In this document: piece by piece, positions 35,174-43,617 of the stretch
Layout of the letters: the number at the start of each line of letters is the position of its first letter
How positions within the stretch are numbered: the stretch's first letter is position 1
IMG/VR virus record: IMGVR_UViG_3300024341_000001
Strand: one strand, 5' to 3'
Length of the DNA stretch: 64,000 bases
Source: a virus
Lineage: Duplodnaviria; Heunggongvirae; Uroviricota; Caudoviricetes
The notes under the pieces: model-generated
What the model saw: the letters and a program-made list of their open reading frames with translations, nothing else
The model's database searches: none
What the model was told of the DNA's origin: nothing
Made by a program: the position numbers and the translations under genes

Positions 35174-35379
35174 ATATCGGTTGCTTTCCGTAACGGAAAT
35201 TTTTGATTTATTTCAATAAGATCTTCAGTCAAACGAATGTCCATATAGATTATTAATACTCTAGCATATTTATCATCTACTATAATTCGGCGATGCTTGT
35301 GTGCAAATTCTTCAGGTATCCAACATATTTCAAATGCACCATCATCATATTGTATTTTTACTTGTTTATAATAATTCAT
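35170..35379 (-). CDS. Hypothetical protein
   Basis: 69-aa ORF. Confidence 0.5.
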   Translation of the reverse strand: MNYYKQVKIQYDDGAFEICWIPEEFAHKHRRIIVDDKYARVLIIYMDIRLTEDLIEINQKFPLRKATDI

Positions 35380-35588
35380 TTATACATACAAATTTTACAG
35401 GGGCGATAACTACATTGTAATGCATCTAGTTCTGTAAGAAAAAATACTCGATTCTTTTTTTTCATACGTTTGCCGCTATAACAATCTAATGTTCCGTAAA
35501 TTTTTAATTTCCTATTTCCCGCAAGTATGCCTTTTCTAAACGATAAATGTATACCTCGGCTTGTCAATATCTTGTATTGTTTTGGCAT
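35376..35588 (-). CDS. Ada-type metal-binding domain protein
   Basis: YGTLDC...NRVFF...YRPCKIC; start revised to MPKQYK. Confidence 0.75.
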   Translation of the reverse strand: MPKQYKILTSRGIHLSFRKGILAGNRKLKIYGTLDCYSGKRMKKKNRVFFLTELDALQCSYRPCKICMYK

Positions 35589-35591
35589 TTG

Positions 35592-35666
35592 TCGGAATAG
35601 TGGGGCTTGAACCCACACGATGTCCAGTTCCCGAAACTGGTGGCCTACCAATTGGCCCATATTCCG
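35592..35666 (-). tRNA. tRNA-Pro(CGG)
   Basis: Loop TTCGGGA. Confidence 0.93.
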
Positions 35667-35673
35667 TTTAATT

Positions 35674-36516
35674 TTAAAACAGCCCCTGTTCTTTTAATTG
35701 GACTAATGCACGAATCATTTCATCAGCATGAAAATTGAAATATCCTTCTCCGCTAGCGATTATTAATTTTCCGTCCTCACTTTTTTTAGCATCAAATCCT
35801 TTTCGTATGAATGGGGATTCAATACCTGTGAATTTTAATATTAATTCAAGATCTGGATATATTCTTTCCAGCGAATCACATAATTCGGCATCCATAAGAA
35901 GTTCTGGTGCTGATATAATTTTTTTTGGTGTATCAGTAATAATAAGCATCTTGGTCTTTACATATTTTTCTTTCGCTAAAATTACGGATTCTTCGTGAGG
36001 ATGCTTATCAAACCATTCAGGTGCAACACGTTTTCGATCTTCTAATGTGTAAAGACCACGTTTATTTGCAGCCGCTGAAAGTGGTCGTCTAAATGCATGA
36101 TTATCATCAATCGCCTTTATTATATCTGCTATAGAATAACAATGAATTGTTTGACAGAAGTAAGTTTCCGGAATACCGGGAATTTCGTACCTGTAATTTA
36201 TTTTTTGATCTGACCTGTATAAACATCTAGCTGCAAAAACACACGTTCTTAAAAAATTAGCCTGACTAAATTGAAAATTATCCTCACCTGATTCTACATC
36301 ATACGTAGCTGCTCCACTAATGTGTCGAAATATTCCTAACAATAATGTATGTCCCAAAACTGTTCCATAATATTCAAAATAAGTTCCAACCTCTAATAAC
36401 GACGGAATTAATTCTTTTGTGACATGATACCTATGTGCATTTAATGTAGATATAAAAATTTCTGCTACCTTAAAACGTCTTTCTAAATCATGAACGGTTT
36501 TCTTATAAGTTGTCAA
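35674..36516 (-). CDS. Hypothetical protein
   Basis: 280-aa ORF, start uncertain (non-ATG). Confidence 0.6.
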   Translation of the reverse strand: MTTYKKTVHDLERRFKVAEIFISTLNAHRYHVTKELIPSLLEVGTYFEYYGTVLGHTLLLGIFRHISGAATYDVESGEDNFQFSQANFLRTCVFAARCLYRSDQKINYRYEIPGIPETYFCQTIHCYSIADIIKAIDDNHAFRRPLSAAANKRGLYTLEDRKRVAPEWFDKHPHEESVILAKEKYVKTKMLIITDTPKKIISAPELLMDAELCDSLERIYPDLELILKFTGIESPFIRKGFDAKKSEDGKLIIASGEGYFNFHADEMIRALVQLKEQGLF

Positions 36517-36556
36517 ATTAAACCAAGAAATTGTTTAACATTAGTTATTTATAGTG

Positions 36557-36630
36557 TCGGAGTGACTGGACTCGAACCAGCGATCCCATGCGCCCAGGGC
36601 ATGTGCGTTAGCCAACTACGCTACACTCCG
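36557..36630 (-). tRNA. tRNA-Pro(TGG)
   Basis: Loop CCTGGGC. Confidence 0.92.
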
Positions 36631-36634
36631 GTAA

Positions 36635-36655
36635 GACAACATCAATGATGTTGTC
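36635..36655 (-). terminator. Hairpin, likely terminator or processing signal
   Basis: GACAACATC-AAT-GATGTTGTC. Confidence 0.45.
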
Positions 36656-36664
36656 GGTTGTTAT

Positions 36665-37147
36665 TTAAAACTTTTTTGCAATGAACTCTTTTAGAAGCTT
36701 TAATAATGATTTTCCGCTTCCACCAAAAAATAATTTATCCTCAATACGGGCTATTTCCTTCTCGACGGCATTTTCACGTTTTGCACATTCAGCTAATGCC
36801 GCCTTATGTTTAAGTAGTAACTGCTTTCCTTGTTTACTTATTTTTGCCGATGCCGTGGAACCGAAAAGATCGAGGATATCGATACTTGGAGAATAAATTT
36901 CATCTATGGCTTCTTTTAAAGGATTGATTAGTTTGGATATATCTATATCCGCAACCGTAATTTCTTTGCTTAGGATTAATGGTAATAAAGCAGCCGTGTC
37001 CCGTTCATCCTTATAATCGTACATGTGTTTGTCGAGATCGCCGTACTCTTGCTTTATGGAAGCAAGTTTTTTATTAGCAGCCTCTCGAAGACGCCTGCTA
37101 AAATGTTTGCGCATATCGACAGTGATTGTATTGTCTGTCTTTTCCAT
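36665..37147 (-). CDS. Hypothetical protein
   Basis: 160-aa ORF. Confidence 0.6.
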   Translation of the reverse strand: MEKTDNTITVDMRKHFSRRLREAANKKLASIKQEYGDLDKHMYDYKDERDTAALLPLILSKEITVADIDISKLINPLKEAIDEIYSPSIDILDLFGSTASAKISKQGKQLLLKHKAALAECAKRENAVEKEIARIEDKLFFGGSGKSLLKLLKEFIAKKF

Positions 37148-37152
37148 ATGTG

Positions 37153-37227
37153 TGGGAGATCACGGGATCGAACCGTGGACCTTCGGTTTGTAGGACCGAC
37201 GCTCTAAACCAGCTGAGCTAATCTCCC
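37153..37227 (-). tRNA. tRNA-Val(TAC)
   Basis: Loop CCTACAA. Confidence 0.93.
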
Positions 37228-37231
37228 ATAA

Positions 37232-37356
37232 CTATAATAGCTGTGACTCTGCGGTTACTCTTAATGGAACGTTTCATTTCCAGGCATAAAATACTTCAAT
37301 TAAAGCCGCAGTCCATTAATTATATTTTTATGCGTATGCACGAGTAGCTATTATAG
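37232..37356 (-). ncRNA. Candidate multi-pseudoknot RNA closed by a perfect 11-bp stem
   Basis: CTATAATAGCT/AGCTATTATAG; GCATAAAA/TTTTATGC, TTAATGGA/TCCATTAA, CTGCGG/CCGCAG all cross. Confidence 0.5.
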
Positions 37357-37482
37357 CTTTGTACCTTTTACGACAATGTATATTGCTGGGCAAACCATGC
37401 GCAACATTGATTCAAACATATTTGGTACTCTATTTTCAAAGATCGTAACGTAGATATAATGTCTGTCATTATGTCTATGCTA

Positions 37483-38149
37483 TTACCATTTACCCTTTAT
37501 CCACGCTTTCAGATCGCGTCGCTCGTTTGTTCTATGGTCAATCCATAAATTATGTTTTACCATATAAGTACGAATTTTTTCTGCTCGATGTCCCGACCCC
37601 ATCTGCAATCGTTTATTTTGGGCCGCTTGTTTTTGATGATTATATTTAGCGATACGTTGTAACTTAGAATATAATATTTCAAAAGCAAGTTGTTTGTTTT
37701 GGTACTGGGATCTTTCGGAACCGCAACGAACAGTTAACCCTGATTTATGTTTTAATACAACAACTGTTTCAACTTTATTACGATTCTGTCCTCCAGGACC
37801 GCTTCCTTTAGTGGTTGTAACTTCAACGTCATTAAAATTTATACTGACCTCGGGAAGTTCTATAAGATCCAACACTGCAACTGTTACAACAGAGGTATGT
37901 GTTCGTCCTCGGTTTTCTGTAGGAGGAACTCTGTGCCATTGGTGCGCACCACCCTCGTTTTCAAATAATTCCTTTGCTCTTTGTCCGATAACCTGAACTG
38001 AAGCAAACCCATCACTAACATATATTGGAATTGCCTCAAAGTCCGTGTTTATACGCGACTTTTAAATAAATACTTAATTGATCCTCGACGAGGAGTTTTG
38101 CATCCGCTCCACCCTCGCCAGCTTGTAATTCCAATAAAATGTTACTCAT
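37483..38149 (-). CDS. Class I release-factor homolog (PrfH-like size, PxT and GGQ) needing a +1 frameshift at CTT-TGA
   Basis: Frame 1: MSNILLELQAGEGGADAK...HGL then TGA (38036-38038). The +1 frame continues EAIP...EGGAHQWHRVPPTENRGRTHTS...GPGGQNRNK...RSQYQNK; about 221 aa joined. Confidence 0.85.
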
Positions 38150-38206
38150 GATGTTTTTCCTTTCTACCCAAGGTTTGAATTTCTTCAGGGACACAAGGGG
38201 AATGTA

Positions 38207-38281
38207 GGTGACCGATGGGATTCGAACCCATAACGTACAGGGCCACAACCTGTCGGACTAAGCCAATTGTCCTACGGCCAC
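38207..38281 (-). tRNA. tRNA-His(GTG)
   Basis: Loop TTGTGGC, C73; G-1 not encoded. Confidence 0.92.
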
Positions 38282-38283
38282 AG

Positions 38284-38366
38284 TGTATCTGGAGGGATTC
38301 GAACCCCCACGCCCAAAGGGGACCTGATCTACAGTCAGGCGAGCCAGCCAGTTGCTCAACAGATAC
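38284..38366 (-). tRNA. tRNA-Tyr(GTA)
   Basis: Loop CTGTAGA, long variable arm. Confidence 0.93.
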
Positions 38367-38371
38367 ATATC

Positions 38372-38503
38372 GCGGGTAATTTAAGCGACGTCAGTGTTTT
38401 TAATTTAGCTACTACGTATTTTCATACGCGCTAGGACTTGAACCTAGAGTGTTATATTTTTGAGATATATGCTTTAACCGATAACTAACATCTATCGACC
38501 CGC
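38372..38503 (-). ncRNA. tRNA-like element (CAA loop) with expanded acceptor region
   Basis: TATAT-CTCAAAA-ATATA arm, T-arm CTAGG-TTCAAGT-CCTAG, ends GCGGGT/ACCCGC, about 50-nt insert after the T-arm. Confidence 0.45.
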
Positions 38504-38506
38504 TAG

Positions 38507-38578
38507 CTCAGCAGGAAGGGCTCGAACCTTCAACATCCTGGTTAACAGCCAGGCACTCTACCGTTGAGTTACTGCTGA
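38507..38578 (-). tRNA. tRNA-Asn(GTT)
   Basis: Loop CTGTTAA, G73. Confidence 0.94.
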
Positions 38579-38596
38579 ATTTATTGTATTTTTTAG

Positions 38597-38671
38597 TCGA
38601 CGCGGTAGGACTTGAACCCACATATCTTCCGTGTATAAGGCGGCTGCCGTCACCAATTTAGCTACGCGTCG
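38597..38671 (-). tRNA. tRNA-Ile(TAT)
   Basis: Loop CTTATAC; anticodon stem has only three Watson-Crick pairs. Confidence 0.75.
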
Positions 38672-38678
38672 TTTATTG

Positions 38679-38752
38679 TGGAGACAACCGGAATCGAACC
38701 AGTGCATACCCAGGTCTTCAGCCTAGAGCTCTACCGACTGAGCTATGTCTCC
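38679..38752 (-). tRNA. tRNA-Phe(GAA)
   Basis: Loop CTGAAGA. Confidence 0.94.
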
Positions 38753-38976
38753 ATGTCATTTAATTGTTCATTAATGACTTTTTTATCTTTTCTGCGTTGT
38801 ATAGTATGTTCGCGATATTTGATAGCTTGTTCATATTTACACATACTACAACTATCTTTCAACCAATGATTTTTAAACAACCTATTCGTTTGATTATTAT
38901 ACCACCACTTAAATCTATCCCAAACTCTTTTACGTTTTAAAACCTTTAATTCATCTTTGTCTCTGTTGTGTTTCAT
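38743..38976 (-). CDS. Basic hypothetical protein
   Basis: Start revised to MKHNRDK. Confidence 0.5.
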   Translation of the reverse strand: MKHNRDKDELKVLKRKRVWDRFKWWYNNQTNRLFKNHWLKDSCSMCKYEQAIKYREHTIQRRKDKKVINEQLNDMET

Positions 38977-38977
38977 G

Positions 38978-39051
38978 CGGGGCGTACGGAACTCGAATCC
39001 GTACTCTTCTGCGTGACAGGCAGGCGTGTTAACCAATTACACTAACGCCCC
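38978..39051 (-). tRNA. tRNA-Asp(GTC)
   Basis: Loop CTGTCAC, G73. Confidence 0.93.
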
Positions 39052-39333
39052 AATTGCACCATGTACCAAACATGGAAATAATTTATTATAATGACAAATT
39101 TGTACGCCCGTACAGGTTAAAATACGATAATAATATTGTCTAGGATCCATTAATAAAGAATAAAGATGTGCAACATCAACCCGCGCCTCGCTGGCATATC
39201 CTATCGTACTTACATAGCAATTCCAATGTTTTTTATGTATAATTTGTAATAAATCGATTTCACTTATTGAGTCAAAAGCAAGCCCTGTTTTTTGTGAAAT
39301 CCATTTTTGAAGTTCTTCATCTTGTAAATACAT
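39037..39333 (-). CDS. Hypothetical protein
   Basis: 98-aa ORF. Confidence 0.45.
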   Translation of the reverse strand: MYLQDEELQKWISQKTGLAFDSISEIDLLQIIHKKHWNCYVSTIGYASEARVDVAHLYSLLMDPRQYYYRILTCTGVQICHYNKLFPCLVHGAIGALV

Positions 39334-39338
39334 TAATA

Positions 39339-39554
39339 TTATTCTTCTATAACACCTGTCAAAAGATTAATACCATTTTCATAATCATTTCCAGATTCTT
39401 CGCAGGTTACTATCCACTTTATTCCACAAACCGGACATTTATAAATATATGTATATGCAGTATTAAAGAATGCTTCGGGGTCTGTTGCTTTTAATTTTTG
39501 TCCGCAAGTACATTTAAACTTCGGAGCTATGAAATTCGGTTCTTTCTGTTTCAT
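39339..39554 (-). CDS. Small Zn-ribbon protein
   Basis: CTCG...CPVC; start revised to MKQKEP. Confidence 0.55.
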   Translation of the reverse strand: MKQKEPNFIAPKFKCTCGQKLKATDPEAFFNTAYTYIYKCPVCGIKWIVTCEESGNDYENGINLLTGVIEE

Positions 39555-39557
39555 TAG

Positions 39558-39630
39558 TAGCGCTAGCCGGGATTGAACCGGCCTTTTGACCTTGAAAGAG
39601 TCGTGTCCTAACCAACTAGACGATAGCGCC
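39558..39630 (-). tRNA. tRNA-Glu(TTC)
   Basis: Loop CTTTCAA. Confidence 0.93.
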
Positions 39631-39634
39631 ATTT

Positions 39635-39901
39635 ATTACCGAGCTTACCCAGCTTTTTGTTTTATCCCGTCATTTCTCTATTGGCCTCTACCCGACCGTT
39701 ATTAGACAAGAAGCGTGCCGTCCTGGGTCTGTTTGAGTTGCATACTTGCTGGTGGTGCGAACGAATAATGTGATGGCTTTGAATTACGTTCGGAAAGATA
39801 GCCACAAACTTCCTCAGTATATCTTGGTCACATTCTTCTCCCACTCGCTTCTTTGTATGAGCTGAAGTTCCTCACCGTGGTGTAACGGGTTCTCTTGTAA
39901 T
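39635..39901 (-). ncRNA. rnpB: RNase P RNA (type A-like catalytic domain, divergent specificity domain)
   Basis: P2 CCCGTTA/TGACGGG; P3 then GAGGAA; P4 ACT[T]CAGCT/AGCTGGGT with bulged U; P5 CATAC/GTATG-CAA; P6 AAGAAGCG/CGCTTCTT; L15 GGGTA; AGAGAAATGA and AAAACAAAA linkers. Confidence 0.85.
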
Positions 39902-39906
39902 TTTTG

Positions 39907-39979
39907 TACCGCTAACGAGATTCGAACTCGTGTATTAAGATTGAGAATCTTATATCCTGGGCCACTAGATGATAGCGGC
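39907..39979 (-). tRNA. tRNA-Glu(CTC)
   Basis: Loop TTCTCAA. Confidence 0.93.
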
Positions 39980-39985
39980 GGTTTA

Positions 39986-40078
39986 GTTCACGGACCTTGT
40001 CAGTACGCCCCATAGATGGGGTCTGGATGGTGAACATAAATACCACCCACAGGGCATGACAGATGGGTTATCAAGTCC
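39986..40078 (-). ncRNA. Candidate structured RNA upstream of tRNA-Glu
   Basis: GGACTTG/CAAGGTCC, TGTCA/TGACA, CCCCA/TGGGG, GTTCAC/GTGAAC pseudoknot. Confidence 0.4.
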
Positions 40079-40137
40079 TACAATAAATGTGCGATATTTT
40101 TGTTCGAAGAATTGCATGTATTAATATACGTAATTTT

Positions 40138-40419
40138 TTATTTAGTGTCAAGCAAAATCGACATCAAACCATATAAACACATTAACTCCTGATTCGGCCC
40201 ATGGTATCCTCCGGATACATGATATGATGGAACAGGCGAAAGTGTTGTACGATTATTTTTAACGATTGCAGTAAATGGTTCAATATATATAATCCCGCCC
40301 ATGTTTTGGTAACAAGTAATTACTTCATGATCAAGAAGTTTATGTTTGTCAAGAAAGGTATAAAACATTTTTCTCAACTCTTCATCGGGAATCAACGTAA
40401 TAGCTTTTTGTATAGTCAT
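40138..40419 (-). CDS. Hypothetical protein
   Basis: 93-aa ORF. Confidence 0.5.
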   Translation of the reverse strand: MTIQKAITLIPDEELRKMFYTFLDKHKLLDHEVITCYQNMGGIIYIEPFTAIVKNNRTTLSPVPSYHVSGGYHGPNQELMCLYGLMSILLDTK

Positions 40420-40440
40420 TTTTTTTGGTGGTGCCTGTTG

Positions 40441-40782
40441 TCAGGCACCTATTTTTACACAAAGAAATCCATTATTTTTTGGTTTCACTGTTATAACTTT
40501 GCCGATTAATTCGCCAATTGAACTAATATCCAAAGAAGCAAGTAATCGAGCCAAGTCGCTTGTAGCAAAAATTTGACCGTCTTGGTCAAAATCCATCCAT
40601 AAGCCTTGTGTAGGTTTGTTATCATCTTTACACCATATTTCGTTTACAGTGAATGAGCGCTGCCCATCAGTTACTTTAAGATATAACTTATTTCGCCCCA
40701 TAGGGCGGCGTATTTCTAGGTTTTCAATTGTTACTTTTTTTAATGGACAACCTATTTTAAGGTTGTAATAATTCTGTATCAT
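40441..40782 (-). CDS. Hypothetical protein
   Basis: 113-aa ORF. Confidence 0.55.
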   Translation of the reverse strand: MIQNYYNLKIGCPLKKVTIENLEIRRPMGRNKLYLKVTDGQRSFTVNEIWCKDDNKPTQGLWMDFDQDGQIFATSDLARLLASLDISSIGELIGKVITVKPKNNGFLCVKIGA

Positions 40783-41029
40783 CCGTCTTTTTTTCGACTT
40801 TAACGTAACCTAGCTGCTCAAGCGTTTTTATACGTTTTTCTAATTCTATATTAGCTTGTTCAAAGGTTCCACGAAACTCGGCAGCCGGTTGGTTCCTAAT
40901 TAATTCTGTTTTAGAAGGATCTACGATACCGTTTGACTGAATTAGTATCCACTCGTTATTTAATCCGGGTAGTAAATCCAATTCATGCCATTTTACAGGA
41001 ATATCATCCCGTACACATTCATATCTCAC
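40757..41029 (-). CDS. Hypothetical protein
   Basis: 90-aa ORF. Confidence 0.5.
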   Translation of the reverse strand: MRYECVRDDIPVKWHELDLLPGLNNEWILIQSNGIVDPSKTELIRNQPAAEFRGTFEQANIELEKRIKTLEQLGYVKVEKKTDDTELLQP

Positions 41030-41032
41030 TAA

Positions 41033-43156
41033 TCATCCGTTACTTAAAATTGGTAATTCACATTGTCCGCCTGCGCATACTAATTCTTGCTGTAATGTAG
41101 TACTATCCTCTTCTTCTTTTAGTGTCTTGTAATTTACAGATTTGAACGAAGTTATAATAGTATCCCACAATTGTTTATCTTGCTCTGTTATCACAGCTTC
41201 AAGTGGCGGTTGTTTGAAATCTTTATCACCTGTTTGTGCCAACAATGCTACAGCGGCGAAATTATTTTTGTTATTAAATAAATACTCACGCACCTTGTCC
41301 CATTCATCAGCTTTTACTATGACTGTACATGATACGTTATGCGTAACATTTTTTCTATTAGCAACACTGGTTCCTGGTAATACCCAGTTTTGTTGTGTTG
41401 ATTTAATGAGGTCTAAATGCGCTATGGCATCTAGATCTTTTTTTACTATCGCCCCTTCCGGAACCTCTATAGGAAAGGTGATTACATCGTCTGTTTTATT
41501 TGCGCTCCAAACCGACTCTTCGCTCATGTGCGGATTTGCGATTTTGAAGTGCATATATACCGGATCAAGTTTATTTACTTGCACCCGTCGAAAATATTTT
41601 TTTGCATGATGTGCATGTATACCAGACGCACTTCCCAATACTAAACTTGCGGTTCCTTCTGGTTTTATACACGTCACGCGGGCAGCTTGTTTTATATAAA
41701 GTTTCTCTGCCCACACTTTATTTGTTGCAACTGCTAATTGCGCAGCTTGTTTTTGATACGCAGGATTCAATAATATTTGAGGATTATCCATCATACCGGT
41801 CATTGATACACCCAGCAATGCTTCATCTTCAGTTAGTTTTTTTGCGGCCGGTGATAAATAAGGAAAATATGTGTAGCCGGCCTGTAGTGTCCCAATGATT
41901 GTGGCAGCTTTTACACAAGTTAAATAATCATCTAGTGTATGTATTTCTGCACCATTAATGGAAGTTAAATTACAAAATTGTACGCCACAAACACCATCAT
42001 CAGTTACCGGAATAAAGCCGATCTCTGCACATGGATTAGTACTCATCCATGGATGGTTACCAAATATAAACCCGGGTTCACCGAAATTTTTTGTTCGTTC
42101 GAATATTTCTTTAAACTCTTCTGAAGTTAACTGGTCTCGAAGTAACAAAACACTATTATTACTTCTTGCTCTATGTTTATAAACATCAAACCAACTTATA
42201 CGTTGATTCTGTTGCAAATCAGATAAAGCCCAGTCATCTAGTTCTACCTCGATTTTTTGTTTGCCTGGGTATGCAGGATCTTCTAGTATTACATAACCTT
42301 CGTGTTTATTTGTTTTCGCGTTTAGCTCAAAACGACCTTTTTTATGTACAGTAAAGAATGCTTTTGCATTTATCATATCAATATCGTTTTTATCGAATAA
42401 TACTAACGTAGCACTTCGACGAATACCTCCACTTATTACTGCGTCGGCTACATGCATTAATATATCATATGCATTGATAGATTTTAAATTTAATTGATGC
42501 AAATCCTCGATAATATGGTCTAATAAAAGTTTTATTTTTTTATGAGCATTCTTTAGACCTCTATATCCGGGAGCACGGCCACCACCCGTTTTTAACGGAG
42601 TGCCGGCAGAACGTATTTTACTGTAATCAAACACAATCTTTCTACCTGTGTATGCAGTATTTTTAAAATAACAGTTCAACAACGCTTCTAAACTGTCGGC
42701 CCATCCTTCGATGGTATCTTCTACTGCGTAAGTAATGATTGTGCCTGTTTTGTCTTTTTCAGTTACTAAATTAGGTAATCGGCTAAGAAACATATTTGAT
42801 AAACCAATTCCTACGCCATTACCACATAATAACAAATAAAATATCTCCGAAAACGCACGAAGAGAATCAACATGGCGACAAGCACAATTGAAAATACGTG
42901 ATTGATGTGCTTCAATCGCTTTGCCACCAAATTGTATTGATCTCATTGACGGTACTACACGTTTTACACGCACAAGGTCAAAAGCCCATTCGATTTCTTT
43001 TTTATCTTCATCAGATAGAAATGAATAGTGTTTTTTGTGCATGGATTCAAGTCGTTTTATAGCCTCTTCCCAAGACTCTCTACGACCAGCTTTTTCATTG
43101 TAACGAGCATATTTGCTCGTAAAAATAAAATTGGATAATTCCTCTAAATAATTCAT
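41033..43156 (-). CDS. nrdJ: Class II (B12-dependent, monomeric-type) ribonucleotide reductase
   Basis: IFNC, GGIRRSA, TNPCAEI, FCNLT, TCIKPEGT, C-terminal CAGGQCE; no nrdB nearby. Confidence 0.9.
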   Translation of the reverse strand: MNYLEELSNFIFTSKYARYNEKAGRRESWEEAIKRLESMHKKHYSFLSDEDKKEIEWAFDLVRVKRVVPSMRSIQFGGKAIEAHQSRIFNCACRHVDSLRAFSEIFYLLLCGNGVGIGLSNMFLSRLPNLVTEKDKTGTIITYAVEDTIEGWADSLEALLNCYFKNTAYTGRKIVFDYSKIRSAGTPLKTGGGRAPGYRGLKNAHKKIKLLLDHIIEDLHQLNLKSINAYDILMHVADAVISGGIRRSATLVLFDKNDIDMINAKAFFTVHKKGRFELNAKTNKHEGYVILEDPAYPGKQKIEVELDDWALSDLQQNQRISWFDVYKHRARSNNSVLLLRDQLTSEEFKEIFERTKNFGEPGFIFGNHPWMSTNPCAEIGFIPVTDDGVCGVQFCNLTSINGAEIHTLDDYLTCVKAATIIGTLQAGYTYFPYLSPAAKKLTEDEALLGVSMTGMMDNPQILLNPAYQKQAAQLAVATNKVWAEKLYIKQAARVTCIKPEGTASLVLGSASGIHAHHAKKYFRRVQVNKLDPVYMHFKIANPHMSEESVWSANKTDDVITFPIEVPEGAIVKKDLDAIAHLDLIKSTQQNWVLPGTSVANRKNVTHNVSCTVIVKADEWDKVREYLFNNKNNFAAVALLAQTGDKDFKQPPLEAVITEQDKQLWDTIITSFKSVNYKTLKEEEDSTTLQQELVCAGGQCELPILSNG

Positions 43157-43617
43157 TGATCGCTGCTACCAAATCCTTTATCACCACGTGCGGTGATTTT
43201 AAATTCATCTACCTTAACTAATTCGATGTCAGGTACCGCATGAAACGCAATTTGCGCCAATTTTGTACCAGCATCGATCATTTCTGGATAATCACCGTGA
43301 TTGTGTACGATCACCTTTACTTCACCGGTGTATCCAGCATCTATAACCCCAGCTTTCACTGTTATAGGACGTTGTAACGATACTCCACTGCGTTCATATA
43401 TTTTGCCAAAATATCCTTTTGGAATATTGAACGCGATCCCAGTCTGAACGGCATCAAAGCCATTCGCAGCTAGTCTGATTTGCTTTACAGAATACAAATC
43501 GTAGCATGCGTCTGTATCATGTGTTTTAGTTGGTAATATAGCTTTATCCGATAGCACTTTTACCGGGACTGTTATCGTCGAAGATACTTTTTGTTTCTTG
43601 TTTGAGTTTTTCTGCAT
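43153..43617 (-). CDS. dut: Trimeric dUTPase
   Basis: ACYDL, RSG, GVIDAGYTGE, RGDKGFGSS. Confidence 0.95.
   Translation of the reverse strand: MQKNSNKKQKVSSTITVPVKVLSDKAILPTKTHDTDACYDLYSVKQIRLAANGFDAVQTGIAFNIPKGYFGKIYERSGVSLQRPITVKAGVIDAGYTGEVKVIVHNHGDYPEMIDAGTKLAQIAFHAVPDIELVKVDEFKITARGDKGFGSSDQ

Noticed and set aside
30653-37356. MITE interpretation of the two elements with 11-bp inverted ends
   Set aside because: No target-site duplications, the ends are unrelated to each other, and there is no transposase in the window; internal pairings favour RNA structure.
2473-39979. Theta (HDV-like) ribozymes directly after tRNA 3' ends
   Set aside because: The trailers I examined did not start with G1 plus an HDV-like nested double pseudoknot. 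A motif search could still find some.
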